DNA of 64,000 nucleotides from Tubiluchus corallicola (lineage: Eukaryota > Animalia > Priapulida): positions 186,001-250,000 of the forward strand of contig JAQGDQ010000193.1 in assembly GCA_030141605.1 (NCBI GenBank), read 5' to 3'. Position numbers and translations under genes: made by a program. Each line of letters begins with the position of its first letter. Positions within the stretch are counted from its first letter, which is position 1. The notes under the pieces were generated by a model, which worked only from the letters and a program-made list of their open reading frames with translations, did not search any database and was not told where the DNA came from. This document shows positions 10,777 to 24,323 of the stretch, one piece after another.

Positions 10777-12009
10777 CTGGAAACAAAAGAAATTCTTACT
10801 GAGAAAGTAAAAGCAACAGAAGATCATTAAGAGCAAGGGACAAGACATAGTTATCAAGAACAAAATCTTATCAATCAATCCATCACATAGCCTCGCTTTT
10901 CTAGCTTTTCAATTTCAGCATCACAAAGAACTGATAGCATCAATAAGATAGATTTGGAAAATTTGGATGAGACATCTTTACAAGTTTACGTAATTACAAA
11001 GCTTGTCTTTGATAGCTGCTATCACGTCCTTTCTCTTAGTAGTCAATAATGAATTCATCTTTTTATGGTCAAGAAAGAGAAAGGCAAATATACGCTTTAT
11101 CCCTAAAGTTATTAGCAGCCATCAGAGCCAAAAGAATGCCGCTATAACAGTGTCTGGTACTGACTGGCTCTGTCATGACTGTGAATGAAGAGTTGCGTGG
11201 TGTAATTTGTTCACATTCTTAAAGCAATCGGATTCAAAAAAGCAAATGTGCTCAGCTGAGCAATTTATGGTATCAGATCTCAAAAGAGATTTAAAGCCAA
11301 CGGAGAGAAATTTTCGTTAATCAAGATATTTGATCTTCAGAAAATCGCACAGAACCCAAGGACAAAACCAATTCACTGCATTGTGTATCATCAGTTAGTG
11401 GAAATTTCGGGAAGTGTGCAATTTGACATGCACACAAAATTCAATAGCAATTAAATGTGGTGGTTTAGTTTAATTTCGTGCAACTTGCTGCATTAGACTG
11501 TTATTGTTGTCCACATTTTATACCTTAGCCACATAACAACACTTGGTCAGTAAGGCAGTGATAAATCCAAAAAGAAAGGTATAATTCTAAAGATCAAAAA
11601 TAGGGCTCCATTCATACACTTATTACTATAAAGAGCCACATGACAGTTCGCACAAAACTTGCCAATATTAAAGGCTAACTGCAACTCTTGGGTGTTTTTG
11701 TTTGTAAGAATCAGCTTGCCAGCTGTGATTAAGAAACCATTATTAAGAGGTTGTGATTAAGAGGTCAGCAAGGTTGTGATAAGAGGTCAGCCTTTTGACC
11801 TTGACCTCTGAACTTAGACAGGACAGTTCTAATGTAGTCATATCAATGATGATATTTCTACCATACTAGGTAACGTTACAGTCATTTGTTTTTCAGACAT
11901 TTAAAATTTATTTCAATCATTCCAGATTCTTTGCCATCACGCAGAGAGAGAAACAGGCACAAACTAAGCAAATGTTTTTCACAACCAGATTTCACTTGTT
12001 AGTAATGGT

Positions 12010-12260
12010 TCAAGACCTTTAAAATCTATATGAAAACGAGTCTTAAAACCCATCTTTTTACTAGAATGTTTAATGAGAGTGAGTCTTAGAGCCCATTTTC
12101 ACTACCTTGTTTAATTAGTTTCCTTGTGAATTTTTATTGTATGCTTATATTTTATTGCAGCCGTTCTTATTGTTGACATGTTTTAGTGCACGTCTGATGA
12201 CAATAATTGTCGATTTATGCACTTTATAAATAAATCATCATTATCAGTATCATTATATTA
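12010..12260 (+). mobile_element. 3' tail remnant of a non-LTR retroelement (L2/CR1-like or a derived SINE)
   Basis: cttaaaacccatcttttt (LKTHLF-like ORF2 end), then a tail ending aataaa-tcatcattat. A similar tail occurs near 59600-59680. Confidence 0.45.
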
Positions 12261-12491
12261 TAAATGTACTGTGTACTAGCAGTGTAGGTTGCATTTGGTG
12301 GGCACAGGAAGTTCTGTTCATGTAAGTTTTTCTGAGTCTTAGATCAGACATCATAACAACATGTCACAAAAGACGTAGTTTAAAACTTGTGGCGGCTTCT
12401 ATATAGCACAACCGAAACATTTTTATACAGTGCTAGCATCGCCCTCCCCCCCACCACATCTGAGATGATGCGAACTTGCAATGTCACTTAC

Positions 12492-12630
12492 TCTTCCAGA
12501 TAGTATTGTTGTGGTCCTATGATAGATCCCGGACGACAGATGCGTATCCAAGCGATGCATTCTGCAGCCGTGTAGCGATAGTGCTTCATCATGTAACAAC
12601 CGATGAGCGTACCTGTGCGACCAAGGCCAG
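12492..12630 (-). CDS. CDC14: CDC14 exon, second half of the PTP loop ([46 protein letters not shown])
   Basis: ttttttgcag acceptor, gtaagt donor, 139 nt, phase 1-2. Completes HCKAGLGRTG and contains RPGS-x-IGPQQ. Confidence 0.98.
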
Positions 12631-13222
12631 CTGCAAAAAATGCAAGACAATGCGAACTTGAGTACTGATTAGGTTTGCACAATGTCAGCTGAGCTGAACC
12701 CTAACATTGTTCCACAAAAGAAAAAACACTTATATCTAATGAAGTCTAGAGCTAACAAAATCAAAGCCAGTATGCAATTTGCTACGAAAAAGAACTCAAA
12801 TAGGAAGTCCTTCAAATGCAATAGGCCTAAAAGCTCATTTTCAGTCTCACAAGTACTATTTTCAATCTTTCAATCACAGTGCAACAGACTAACCTTGAAA
12901 ATAGCAGTCTAATACAAATTTAGATTCACCGAGTCCCACAAGTTATTAATGTAACGAGAAGAATATCGCACAATAAAAGAAATGATGGCTGTTAGAGTGC
13001 AGATATAACATCGTTTGAATTAAAAAAGATTAAAATGTCTTTTATTGCAGCACATGTGTACCTAACAAGTACCCATTTGTCTTAATTTTCTCATGTTCAT
13101 TACCCATTGTCATAAGCCATTGATTAGTATGCTTTGAGAGTGACAAGTCTACATTTACAAGCCAGGAAATTTCCATACCACACTATCCTTCTCTCTACCT
13201 AACTACCACTTTCACCACCTAC

Positions 13223-13453
13223 CCTTGCAATGCACAGCAAGAGCTCCATCGGCATTTTCGGCAATCTCTAAGAATTGTTTGAGAATGTTGTCTGTCGGGA
13301 CGCTACCGTCCAGGAAGAACAGGTCCTTGTGTTGAAAACCGGCTTCCGTGAAACGACGAGAGTCGTACATTTTCTTGTTGAGTCGGATGATGTGCGTGAC
13401 GTTGTGCTTGCGGAAGTAAGGAAAGTAAGCTTCTGGGGCATGCAATGGATATC
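13223..13453 (-). CDS. CDC14: CDC14 catalytic-domain exon ([31 protein letters not shown]...[10 protein letters not shown]...LAVHCK)
   Basis: tttccag acceptor, G|gtaggt donor, 231 nt, phase 1-1. Contains the general-acid loop FFLDGS and the catalytic HCK. Confidence 0.98.
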
Positions 13454-14205
13454 CTGGAAAATTTAAGAAAACATATTCACTGCATCTGTCTTAATTTAGT
13501 GTTGAAAACCTAAGAAATTTCTGAACGATGAAACTCCCGATGCAATTTAGGAACCACAATTTTACTAAATCTTAGTTGTAAAACAAAAACATTCTTTCAT
13601 ACATACAGCATGCGCACTTCTTTTCACTTTGAAATAGACATTTGTAATAAATGGTTTTGAGGAATTAATGACTTAAAATTGTTGATTTTGATTACGATAA
13701 TTAACTATTTTGTTACGAAATTAAAAAGATGGTGATGATTAAAATACAAGTTAATTAGAGGATGCAACGTGCCAACAACTTATTAACAAACAAATAAATC
13801 AGGATTACAAGGAATGCACAATACTGCATAATTTTTTCTTACTTCATATAATATTTTTTAATAATGAAATACAGACACACTACATGTTAGTTTGCAACAT
13901 TAGACTGATTTACTAGTCAGGAAGAAGCACAAAAACAAATACAAAGACTATTCATTCTAATGTTTCAAGATATGGAGTTCTATTCTAAAAATTAGCTTTG
14001 GGGTTGGTTCTATTCTGCTCGCGGAACAGAGATTGCATAGCAACTTATAGAGGACTTTCACATCAAAACTTATTGAATCTTGAAAATGCCCAGTGTTCCG
14101 TTGTAGATGCATGCTGTTACAGCCAAATTCAACTTGAAAGTCCATCATCTTGGTTAGTCCAAATTTCAGGCATTTCTCATGCATTGCCAAAAAATGTTTC
14201 CCTAC

Positions 14206-14296
14206 CACTTTCCTCAATTTTACTGATATTAAATGGACCAGAAAATGCCAGCATTTTCCCTGGAATAATCCAGTTTATGTCACCATTTTCAATTTG
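14206..14296 (-). CDS. CDC14: CDC14 duplicated exon, variant B ([31 protein letters not shown])
   Basis: tttttttcag acceptor, G|gtaggg donor, 91 nt, phase 0-1. A weaker same-phase donor would give 88 nt. Paralogous to 14594-14681. Confidence 0.88.
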
Positions 14297-14593
14297 CTGA
14301 AAAAAAGATAGAAAAAGTATGATGAAAGAGCAAAGAAGACGAAGATAGATTGAATGACAGTGCATCTGATCTGGAGTAGTTTAAAATTTGCTGTTTTTTT
14401 TAAACTACTTTCCCGTAGTTATTACTTTGGGATGGCATAACAGAATTGCAATCAGTCATCAAGATGACAGAAGTGGAAATCTTCCACATATTCTCTCATT
14501 CAAACAAAATGTGAGAATTTGAAACGGGTGAAACAGCCAATTTTTTGAGCAGTTGCACTGTCATTAAGTTGCCAGACTCCAAAAGTTGCGTAC

Positions 14594-14681
14594 CATGCTC
14601 TATTTTGGTCTGTGAATGTGGCCCACAAAATGCCAGGAACTTTCCAGGAAGTATCCAATTCAAATCGCCATTTTCAACTCG
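14594..14681 (-). CDS. CDC14: CDC14 duplicated exon, variant A ([30 protein letters not shown])
   Basis: gttttgcag acceptor, G|gtacgc donor, 88 nt, phase 0-1. Canonical CDC14 ENGDxNWI-x-P motif. Confidence 0.96.
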
Positions 14682-14859
14682 CTGCAAAACATTATAGGTT
14701 GCATGCAAAATATTTAAATTGCTTACTATATAATTCATTTTTCAAGCAAATAAGACATTTTAATATTAAAATTTTTTTAGACTCATTGAAATATATTGTA
14801 GTGAAAGATATAAACAAAAAATTAATACAATGGTGCAAGAATGGAAAAATGTGACTTAC

Positions 14860-14922
14860 CTCGTAGTGCTCGTATTCGTCTACGTCAAAAGTTTCAAAGT
14901 TGAAAAAACCATTGATTAAGCT
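14860..14922 (-). CDS. CDC14: CDC14 exon, acidic linker (SLINGFFNFETFDVDEYEHYE)
   Basis: ttttccag acceptor, GAG|gtaagt donor, 63 nt, phase 0-0. Contains the FDVDEYEHYE motif. Confidence 0.97.
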
Positions 14923-15175
14923 CTGGAAAATGAATAAAAATAAAAATATTCTTTAATGCACAGAAAAAGAAGTGATGTTATTCAAATTTCCGTTTGACCA
15001 TAGAAGCAAGCTGCATTAGACTACAGACACAAGAGTTCAACCTCGCGTCAGTCTGGTTGTGTCATAACTTGTATCTGGAGTGAATTAAACAAAGCAAGTG
15101 AAAAAAAGAAATGAAAGGAAGGAAAACAGTAAGAAAAATTACCAATACATATATATATAAATTAGAGAAAGAAAG

Positions 15176-15321
<146 letters not shown>

Positions 15322-15879
15322 AGGGGAAGGAAACAACAATAATTTAAAACAACAACAGGTAATTGAATTAATGAATCAGTGAATGAGTGAAAGAAGGAAT
15401 AATGAATAATTAAGGAATGACTGTGAGAAGTAATGAATATATGAATCTATAGTTAACTGAATGAACGGATGAAAGAAAAAGCGAATAAGTAAATGAATTT
15501 CATAAATGGTGATCAAACAATTGGATGTACAAAAATACACAATGCGAAACTGCACAATTCAAATACACTGACTGCACCTAACGTTTCAATTCACATCATT
15601 CAAAAAATCATATCCAGGCATAAATCATAATTGTGAAAATGCAAAAACAAAACGAGAACACATGAATGGGATTTTGTTGTACCCGGATTCTGAACTACAC
15701 GCAAGTGTTTCTAATTCAACATTTTAACTTTTTGCATGTTGTGACTAATAAATCTCTTGGTTTTATTTTCCTAAAGAAGACGTGACGGCGCAGGGGGTAC
15801 AACAGCAAAAACAGGTTGGCCCGAAAGAAGGAGTGTCTTCAGCACTCAGAATCAACTGATAATTTAATAGGACTGATGT

Positions 15880-15975
15880 CGACAATTTAGACCAACAATG
15901 TCACGTTTCATTGCCAAGAAGGAATGGTTATCGACATCCAGAGGAAGACCAAGAAAAGATGGAAAAAGAGTTACT
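15880..15975 (+). mobile_element. Degraded 3' end of an RTE-clade LINE
   Basis: agaggaagaccaagaaaagatgg resembles the RGRPRKRW C-terminal motif of RTE ORFs, with one base lost. Confidence 0.35.
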
Positions 15976-18900
15976 CGAGTGCCCGACGTTGACTTTGAGC
16001 TGATAACCGTGCCATAAACCAATTTGCGTAAGTCGCGAATAAAAACTTAACGAGTTTCATGTGTTTCAGGACAGCTAGCGTGTTGTAAACGCAAGAAAAA
16101 ATGAGCTGTACATTTACAACAGTAAAAAGTGTGCAAGCAACGCCTGACAAACAACCTTAAACAACTACACGTGGCCTTTCAGACAAATTTATCGGAAAGA
16201 GCTTTTCCAACGTTTATCGTCGCTGCCCATCAGCACGGATGGACACTGACAGCTTCTCTTCTCTAGATGAAAGCATTCAAATTAATATTGGTCCCCTAAG
16301 CTTTGAGAGCTTGGGTATGTGCTTAATTTACGTAGGACAGGGCTTGCGAAACCAGAAAACTTTGCCTTTGCTAGTGACATCTAAATCCTCCATTGCCTGT
16401 TAGTAAAACTACAAAGCTTCTATTCAACAGATAAACTATAAAACCGCATGTTAACTTGGCCAGGTGAGTTTTAAATGGACACTTGCTATCACAGAAAGAC
16501 TGTGTAAGCTGGTGACATCGATGTTACAACAAGTATTGCTGGCAATACATCATGTGCTGGGCATTTTAGATGATTAGAAGTCAACCAAAGTGCAAGCAAA
16601 TGTTATGCATGTCATATACACATAAGCGCACATTTTGACGGTATTTCCTATACACAAAAGTGGCAGTCAGTTTGCAAGATTTCCTGCAATATCCATGCTT
16701 TCCTCACTAGAATTTTTATGGGGCACGTGGAAAGACGAATGTTTCTACAAATCGCGGAAGCCAAACTGGCCACATGTAACAACAACACAGACTGGAGCTT
16801 ACATGTGCAGTCCGTGCAAAAAAACTTCGAAATTAGATATTTAATTAGAGTTGTCTAATTAAAAAATAAACAGCAAAACTATCAGTGTCATGTTCTGTTC
16901 TGTCGCACATGTCTTGTTCAAGTCTTGACAACTGACGAAGATTAATAGCAACCAATCCCTTACAAATAATGCAAATAACACATTAAAATGCTTTACAAAA
17001 AAGTTATGCGTTTACCAAAATTGTGATTTAAAAATAAACAGCAAACTGCATTCAGAGACAAACGCAATTATTAGTGCTTTAGAATCTGGTATTCCTGTGT
17101 CAAACTAATTTCTTCGAAGAATAAGAAAGGAGGAACAGGGAAGGCGGTCAAGTGCCTCTTTCTGGACCGAAGGGAATTAAAACGCAACATTTCCGCTGGA
17201 CCTCCATGCTTCCGGCAATCCACAGAAATGGCTTCTTAGCTCTTATCAGTTAATTGTACAAGCTCTCGCTTACAAGAACAAGACTGCATTTCTCCAAGCC
17301 GCTGCAGCTAATCAAGTTGAGACGTCAGTTAAAAATTGAAAAGCTGTGCCACAATAATCAGCGCCACATGTAGCCGGTGTTTCTATTGGCCCATTAGACT
17401 CATCTTCATGTGGGTTTGTGATCCGAAGGTCCGGGTGTAGACAGATCCGACAACAAAAGTTCCATGAACTCCAACCAACAACGTCGTATTTTGTCGATCT
17501 AGTAGGGACGAATACCTTTAAGACAAGTTCCGCAAAGACAGAATCGACTTTCATCAAGTTTAAGATCGTAAGTTAATTTTTCTCAAGTTCAAAGTATTTT
17601 AGTCAAATAAACATTGTCACATCGAGAGGATTTCTTTTACTATAACATATTTTACACTTAAAGAGTCCGGCCAAATTAAGCAATTCGTATATCTTAGTTA
17701 TAGGATCAAATAAAGGAAACATTCTCGGTAAATGTACCGTTTTCAAATACCAAATGAACTATTTCTCCATTTCCTGGTGTTAATAGTTCCCGTCCCTCTT
17801 CTAAAACACAAGACCACCCAAGCATCCACCATACTACGGCAACTTCCCAACACAAATTCAGTGAGTGTTGACAGATCCTGTGTGGATTAAACGAGAAATG
17901 AACTGCGCTGTGTGCAATTAAATTAAGAATTAATAATTCATTAAAATTTTGCGCTCGCCATTTGAAACGCATCAAAAAGCGGAATAGCGCACGAAGGCGC
18001 GAAGAATATTTAAACTGCAAATGCCTCGTGACATTGCATGTTTTATAATCTAGCAATAGCATCACCTACTGAGCTGTGGTGTGTGACGTGAACTTTCCAC
18101 AACCTTTACTATTAATAATGTATCAAATCAGCGAATTAATACAGGTGAGATTAGCGCATGGCAGCAGGATTAGATTGGAACCACCTTACACTAACCCTTA
18201 ACTAGTCACTCCAAAGTCATTTGCTTTCAAAAACCAGAAAAAAATGTTTGCAAAAATTTTTTAACAAGTTTGCGAAAACAGAGTTTTCAACGCCTTCTTT
18301 TGAGTGTAATAGAATTCAAAGGTGCTTCCCAGCGCCCTCTATTAAACGGAAAAATTCCGGATCCGTAAATCATATGAAATCCCGATGAATATTAAATGGA
18401 AAGGTCTACGACCTAACACTTATATAAAATGACGGAATCATTAATAAAGATTTACGAAATCATTACCGGGCACACACGAAAGCAGTATTAGAGATTACTA
18501 GAATGGCAAAGTTTGATGTAGGGCTTCCAGACGGGGAGCTGAGAAAATTCTAGCGCAAAAAACACGCATACAATTAATTACATCATCCTTAAAAAATCTC
18601 TTTTCCTCCTCAGTAAAGCAAGCGAGAAGAACCAGATCCAATGTTATTTGGCTTTGGTTTTGAGAAGTGTACTGGATAGGACTATTTCGACGAATCGGCG
18701 CATTTGTACTTCTAGCAGACTAATACAAAACGGCGTTAAAGCATGAGAAAGAAGAGAAAAATAAAGAAGAGACAGTATGCGGTAATGGAACAAAAGTCGA
18801 AGCTGGTGGAGCATAAAATGGGTCGCAGTGTACTCTAGATTGATTTGCAATTCATACCTTTTTTCAAGTCATATATTTTTGCTGGAAATTATAGCATTTC

Positions 18901-20399
18901 GCAATAAGATGCACCACATTTTCGTGTGACAACTTTCATGTGCTAAGCTTTGCTATAAGACCTGCTAGCTTTTAAACAAAGAATAAACTATCAGAAAAAT
19001 CTGCAAGAATTCTACTAAGGAAGCGAAGAATATACGTTTTTCTCATGTGAAACAATATAAAAGTTTTACGACTGACATTACTCAACAAGCGACACTAGGA
19101 AGAACCGTAAACGTCTGTTGAAAGTTTTTACTGCAAAAGAAAATACGTCGTGAATGAGTTTTTATGGTCTACTTCCTAGGCTCAACAAAATCTGATACGT
19201 TTTGATTACAATCATAACTCACTAGTTTCTAACCGTCTAAAAGTTCACCTACAATAACTTACTCGCCACTAGGTAGATTAGAGAAGATGGGTCACAGGAG
19301 CAGTTTAAACTGTAGCGGGGACTATAGGGCGCCGCCTGTGCTTGTACTCAGTTTACTGAATTTGGTGTCAAATCGTGATCTACATTGCACTAGTACACAG
19401 AAAATTACTGTAAACGTGAAGTACAAATTTTGTACCTCTAATTCGATTTTCACTGGTCAGCCTTTACAGAAAGGAGCTACACAACAAAGCGACCACATCA
19501 GGCTCTGAAGCAATCACTTTCACAATGCACTGTTACGTACAAGATCCTTGGTATGACATTTTCTGAGAGGCCAGTTTGCTTGGAGACAGGCCTATTGAGT
19601 TTCAGCTATCACTAACCTAACCGTCTAGCGAGTACTAAGCCGTCCGAGGAATATCTCAAGAGCTAGTGGACAAAATAATAATCAAAGTAGCGACCAGGTT
19701 GTCATTACCATGCATTGAAGCGCTTCAGTTCTTAGGTCATAAAGTCAAGGTCAAGACTTTTCGTAATTTCACAATCACTGCAACTGTTTGGCTTCTGATG
19801 CCTGAAGAAACTTTATCCTGGGATTACCGCATTGAAGGTCGAGGAACCTCAATAGTAACAATTTCAACCTCATTGAACCGTTTGGCGTGGAAGTAATCAT
19901 CAATAAGCAACCCGGGTACCTGGTGCGAACAGTACCAGTCTGCCAGCCCAGCAATGATGAATCACGGAAGCCATAAACTTTAGCTAGTTATGGTTCGTTG
20001 ACTGAAGCCAGTTTTTGCAACAGGCAAGACTCAAACAGACTAACGTAAGCAGCGTGAAGTTGTTACAGGAAACCGCAAATAAACTGACAGACAAAAAAGA
20101 CTGACTGCAAAACTAGTTAATCTTCGATGCAAAAACGTGAAAACTTCGTTCAAGGCACATGGTTCATGCTGCTGTTCAGCGCAGGTTACTGTCGACTCTG
20201 CAATAATTTTAAAAATTCGATAGTTTCATACAAGGCGATATTACATTTCTTCTCAAAGCCCCTCCTCAATGTCAACAACATTATTAGATAAATTGTCACA
20301 CTAAGCACTAATTCAATTCGAACTTGATAGCTAATAGCTAAGTATTGAGAAACATAGCGGTGTAGGTCCTTGATGTAAGATTTGGAGTTGAGATTTTAC

Positions 20400-20930
20400 A
20401 CAGCAAATTGAACTGAATTGAATTAAAGTTTATTTTTCTCCATCAAATTACAAAATATACAATAACCGCATCCATTTTTCATCAAAATCAATGGTATATT
20501 CAGATTTGTACGGTCTAATGGCTACTAATACAAGTGAAGAGGATAGCGAACTGGCCAAGAGGTCATTTAGTCAGCAGTCAGCTGTCTTTTTATATGAAAT
20601 AGTAAGTACACAGGCAGCACCAATGATGTACAGGCAAAGTTAATTAGCTTTAACTTTAGCTAACTACTAAAATTGGGTTGATAAATGTATGTTTAATTGA
20701 ACAATATTACAATTTATTATGTTAGGTGGCAAAAAAATGCTATAAGCTTTTGACGTAGCACTGCATGAACAATGGGACAATTATCATAAGAATAAAACAA
20801 TTATGCTTTGATAACAGAATACCCATAAGGAAACTAACCTATTTTGAAAAAAAGTATAGAATATTACACGAGTGAAAGACGTAATATTGAAAATCTTCTT
20901 GTTTAAGTGAAGACAACCACCAATCAGTAT
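20400..20930 (-). mobile_element. Degraded LINE ORF2 3' remnant
   Basis: The minus strand reads FFQNRLVSLW, similar to the FFSNRVxxxWNxL motif of CR1-type elements. It ends in an aataaa plus (ttcaa)n-like tail near 20430-20405. Confidence 0.35.
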
Positions 20931-21769
20931 ACCTTTGAGGAGAAAGGATTATTGACAACACAGATTCCAGCGCACACATCACAAGTAGAGAACCCGCCGC
21001 ATGCTAACTTTATACTACAATGGACTCCATTCCCAGCATCATTATAGAAACAAACACTAGAGCCCATCAGACACATCAGCCTGGGCAGCGGCCTCAGTCT
21101 AGGAGGAACAATCCCCCGATGGGGCCTTTGACCGGTTAGACGGCGGAAATCTTCGAAACATAAACATGGCCGCGCACACCGAGTCAATTTAGTCAAACAA
21201 ACATGCGTGTTAGTGTTTGACGAAAATAGAGGGCATAGCTAAAATATGCCGCCTCTAGAAGATTCATTTCAAATCATTACGCAAAATGCACATATTGTGT
21301 ATTTGTCTACATTTGTCTAATACAAAATGTCTATCTTTGCCTATCTATGACCAATGACATCATTTCTACAAAAAAGTCTTTGTACATGAGGAGCCTGGGG
21401 AGTTTGATAGCACATGCCAGCATTCTCAGACATGTTACTAAGGTAAACAAACGGCGTTGATTGACTCATTATCGACGGATTATGTCTGGCATTGTTGCTT
21501 GTGATTAGGATTCTCACCTCATCATAACAAATAAACAAACAGGTAATGATGATGAACGCAGACAGGTGGATTGATAGGTGTGCGAACAGAGGCTGCAGTT
21601 ACGCCAGAGAAAGGTTATTGGAAGCTAAAACCTTTAACATCATGCAAGAAATAATTATTGCTTCAAGTCTGAGCCTTCCTGGTTTCCGACACGAAATGTT
21701 TTCTCTAGATGAGGACACTAAAAATATTACGCCTGTGGTCTTGATGTTGCAGTTCTTGTTTTTGCTGTC

Positions 21770-21852
21770 GTTGTCATTGTTGCTGTTGTTGTTGTTGTTG
21801 TTGTCGTCGTCGTTGTTCTTGTTGTTATTTATTGTTCCTGTGTTCTTGTTGT
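21770..21852. repeat. Imperfect (TTG/TCG)n microsatellite
   Basis: Runs of ttgttgttg. These explain the poly-L and poly-N ORFs here. Confidence 0.9.
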
Positions 21853-23825
21853 TACAGTTGTTATCTAAAAACGTAAACGACAATCTTTGGGACAAACAAG
21901 GTGGTAAAATCATAACAAAGTAACACGTTAAAGCTTTCTGTGATGTCACTGATGCCCATTTCTCTAGTTTCAGTTCAGTTTTAACTTTTAGTTTTTAATA
22001 TCCAAGACTACAAATTGTTCTGCAGCAAACGATAAAGCATCAAATATTGTGCAAAATTAAATTTGCTAGATATACACTGTTAAACACACAGACTTCTGTG
22101 CATTCCTAAAGCAAGTGTGGCAGTCTCACGAAGAAGTATAAAACGCTTGGCAAAGATTAATGCAGGCAAACAAAAAATTTATTCCGCGAAAATATAAAAC
22201 TAAATGGTAGATGTACATAGTGCATACGACAAAAGTACATCTTATCAATCTAGACGATGACGGCTAAGAACACACATGGCCTATATATATAGATTGTACA
22301 TTAAACAATACATCCGAAGCTTATCAGTTTCAGATAATGGCCAAGAATGCAAACAGTTATACACAGATTTAGGCTATAATTGCACATCAGCAAGCAATAT
22401 ATAGGGCGCAAACAGTAAACAAAATAACAGCAGCAGCAAATGTAGTGAAGAAAGAGGCAGTACGAATGCAGATAACATAAACAAATTCAACGTATCTATA
22501 AATACACGTAAATATGATATGGATTAGAGCAACCAAATATATACATCGATCTGCAAGTTAATCCAGGACACTTAAATAGCCTGCCAATAGTTTAGACTGC
22601 TAATAGTTTATACTTCTGATAGGCAATACGCCAAGGTAAACTAACCATTTAGCGCCTCGAATTATGTTTATTTTCAGGCACTTTTAACAAACTGCCTATT
22701 TGGAAAACAAAATAAACAAAATTTACAAACTAAAAGGTACAATTCAATCGCAGTTAGATCAGTGAGTTTCTGCTAATGCATGGTAGAAAAAATAACCCCA
22801 GCAAATCTAAAACTGAACATTTCCTGGTGCTACGTTTTTTTCTGAAAAGAAAGTCTCAGGTGCGTAGACATGAATGCGATTCGTGCGATTTTTTTTATTC
22901 AACTTACGTATTTCATTTTATTTGTGCGGAAAGTGCGGTTGGTCCAGTCCAATACAACATCTCCGCATTCGTAATGTTTGCGCATGCGTGTTTGTGTGTG
23001 TAACGGGGGATACACCTTTAGAAGGCAAAGAGACCTGAGGTTGTTGTCTCACCCAGCTGCACCATTAATAAACTAAATTGAATGGCTTCACTTGAAACAT
23101 CAAGAAGATACCGACGCATGTAAACAATAAACAGCCTGTTACCATAGCAGAACCGACCATCTGCAGGGCAAAAAAAGAAGCCATTTGCGTAAAAACCACA
23201 CGTGTGCGGTTTCGGGAAGGATAAATTAAACATGAGAGGTAAACAACGAGCACCCAGTGGTGGTGTCCAGAGTGACGTGATGACGTCAGCGAGAAAGAAA
23301 CTACTCTCTGAAACCACTAAGAGATCTTTGTTAATGAGAATGTAATCATTATAGGCTGATGAACGTAAGTGAAGAGCATCAACAGATAGACTGGAACCTG
23401 CGTTAAGCTATAGAATTCATCACTAATGGATTTTCACTTAGTCAGCTAATGGTGCCCTGACATGTATACGCAAATAGAACACTGAAAAAAGCAAAAATAG
23501 AAATTTTCAACGTTTCATGTCCTGAAAATCAAGGTCAAGAAATTCCAAGTTAAAGACAATGTCAGCGAAAAACAACTTTGCTGACGCTTTTTTAATTCCA
23601 ACAATTTCGAAAATCAATGAGTCTAGTGTTCGATTTATATGAACGCGACGAAGTACTGGCAAACGAAGTTGCCCGACCCATAGTCAACAATGAAATCTTG
23701 GATAACAAACACTGCATATTCGAATCTTACTTAAAAATTACTCACAGCACACTCGAAAATAAAAACAATGCTACTCACTACATAATAATACAAAACAAAC
23801 TACACTGATGATGGTCATGATGATA

Positions 23826-23826
<1 letters not shown>

Positions 23827-23875
<49 letters not shown>
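23827..23875. repeat. (GAT)n microsatellite
   Basis: Perfect tandem GAT run. Confidence 0.95.
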
Positions 23876-23877
<2 letters not shown>

Positions 23878-24256
23878 GATGGATCTTTCATTACGCCACT
23901 ATTTGCAGGCTCAATACATTAGCGATGAAAATGAAATCCACGGTAGAAATTAATGACACACACTGTACACAATTACATAAAAATAAAAGAAACTGCACAA
24001 AATTATATATAAACAAATGCGTATAAACAAATACGTTAAAACGTACAAAATATATACAAAAAATGTTTAGGAAGTAAATGTGATTATAAAACAACAATTT
24101 CTAAAGTCGTAACAAGTTGTAGTGTTGACAAATTTCAATTTATATAAAAGGAAGAATCAAAGGAACTCCACCAGAGTGTACCTTTACTTTTCACTATGTT
24201 AACTTAATTTTTATAATCTGTATGACAATAAAATGACAGAAAATCATTCTGCTTAC

Positions 24257-24323
24257 CTTTTCTATAGCTTTTAAACAATCTAGCAATGTCAGCTTGTACA
24301 GGCAGGCACCAAATGACGCATCT
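24257..24323 (-). CDS. CDC14: CDC14 exon (DASFGACLYKLTLLDCLKAIEK)
   Basis: tttttag acceptor, AAG|gtaagc donor, 67 nt, phase 2-0. Completes the conserved PFRDAS motif. Confidence 0.96.

Noticed and set aside
13957-14200. A third copy of the duplicated exon
   Set aside because: I found no ENGD/NWI-like motif by eye in the minus-strand sequence between 13454 and 14205.
21546-21949. 125-aa and 116-aa ORFs with poly-L or poly-N
   Set aside because: Explained by the (TTG)n repeat. No domain or splice support.
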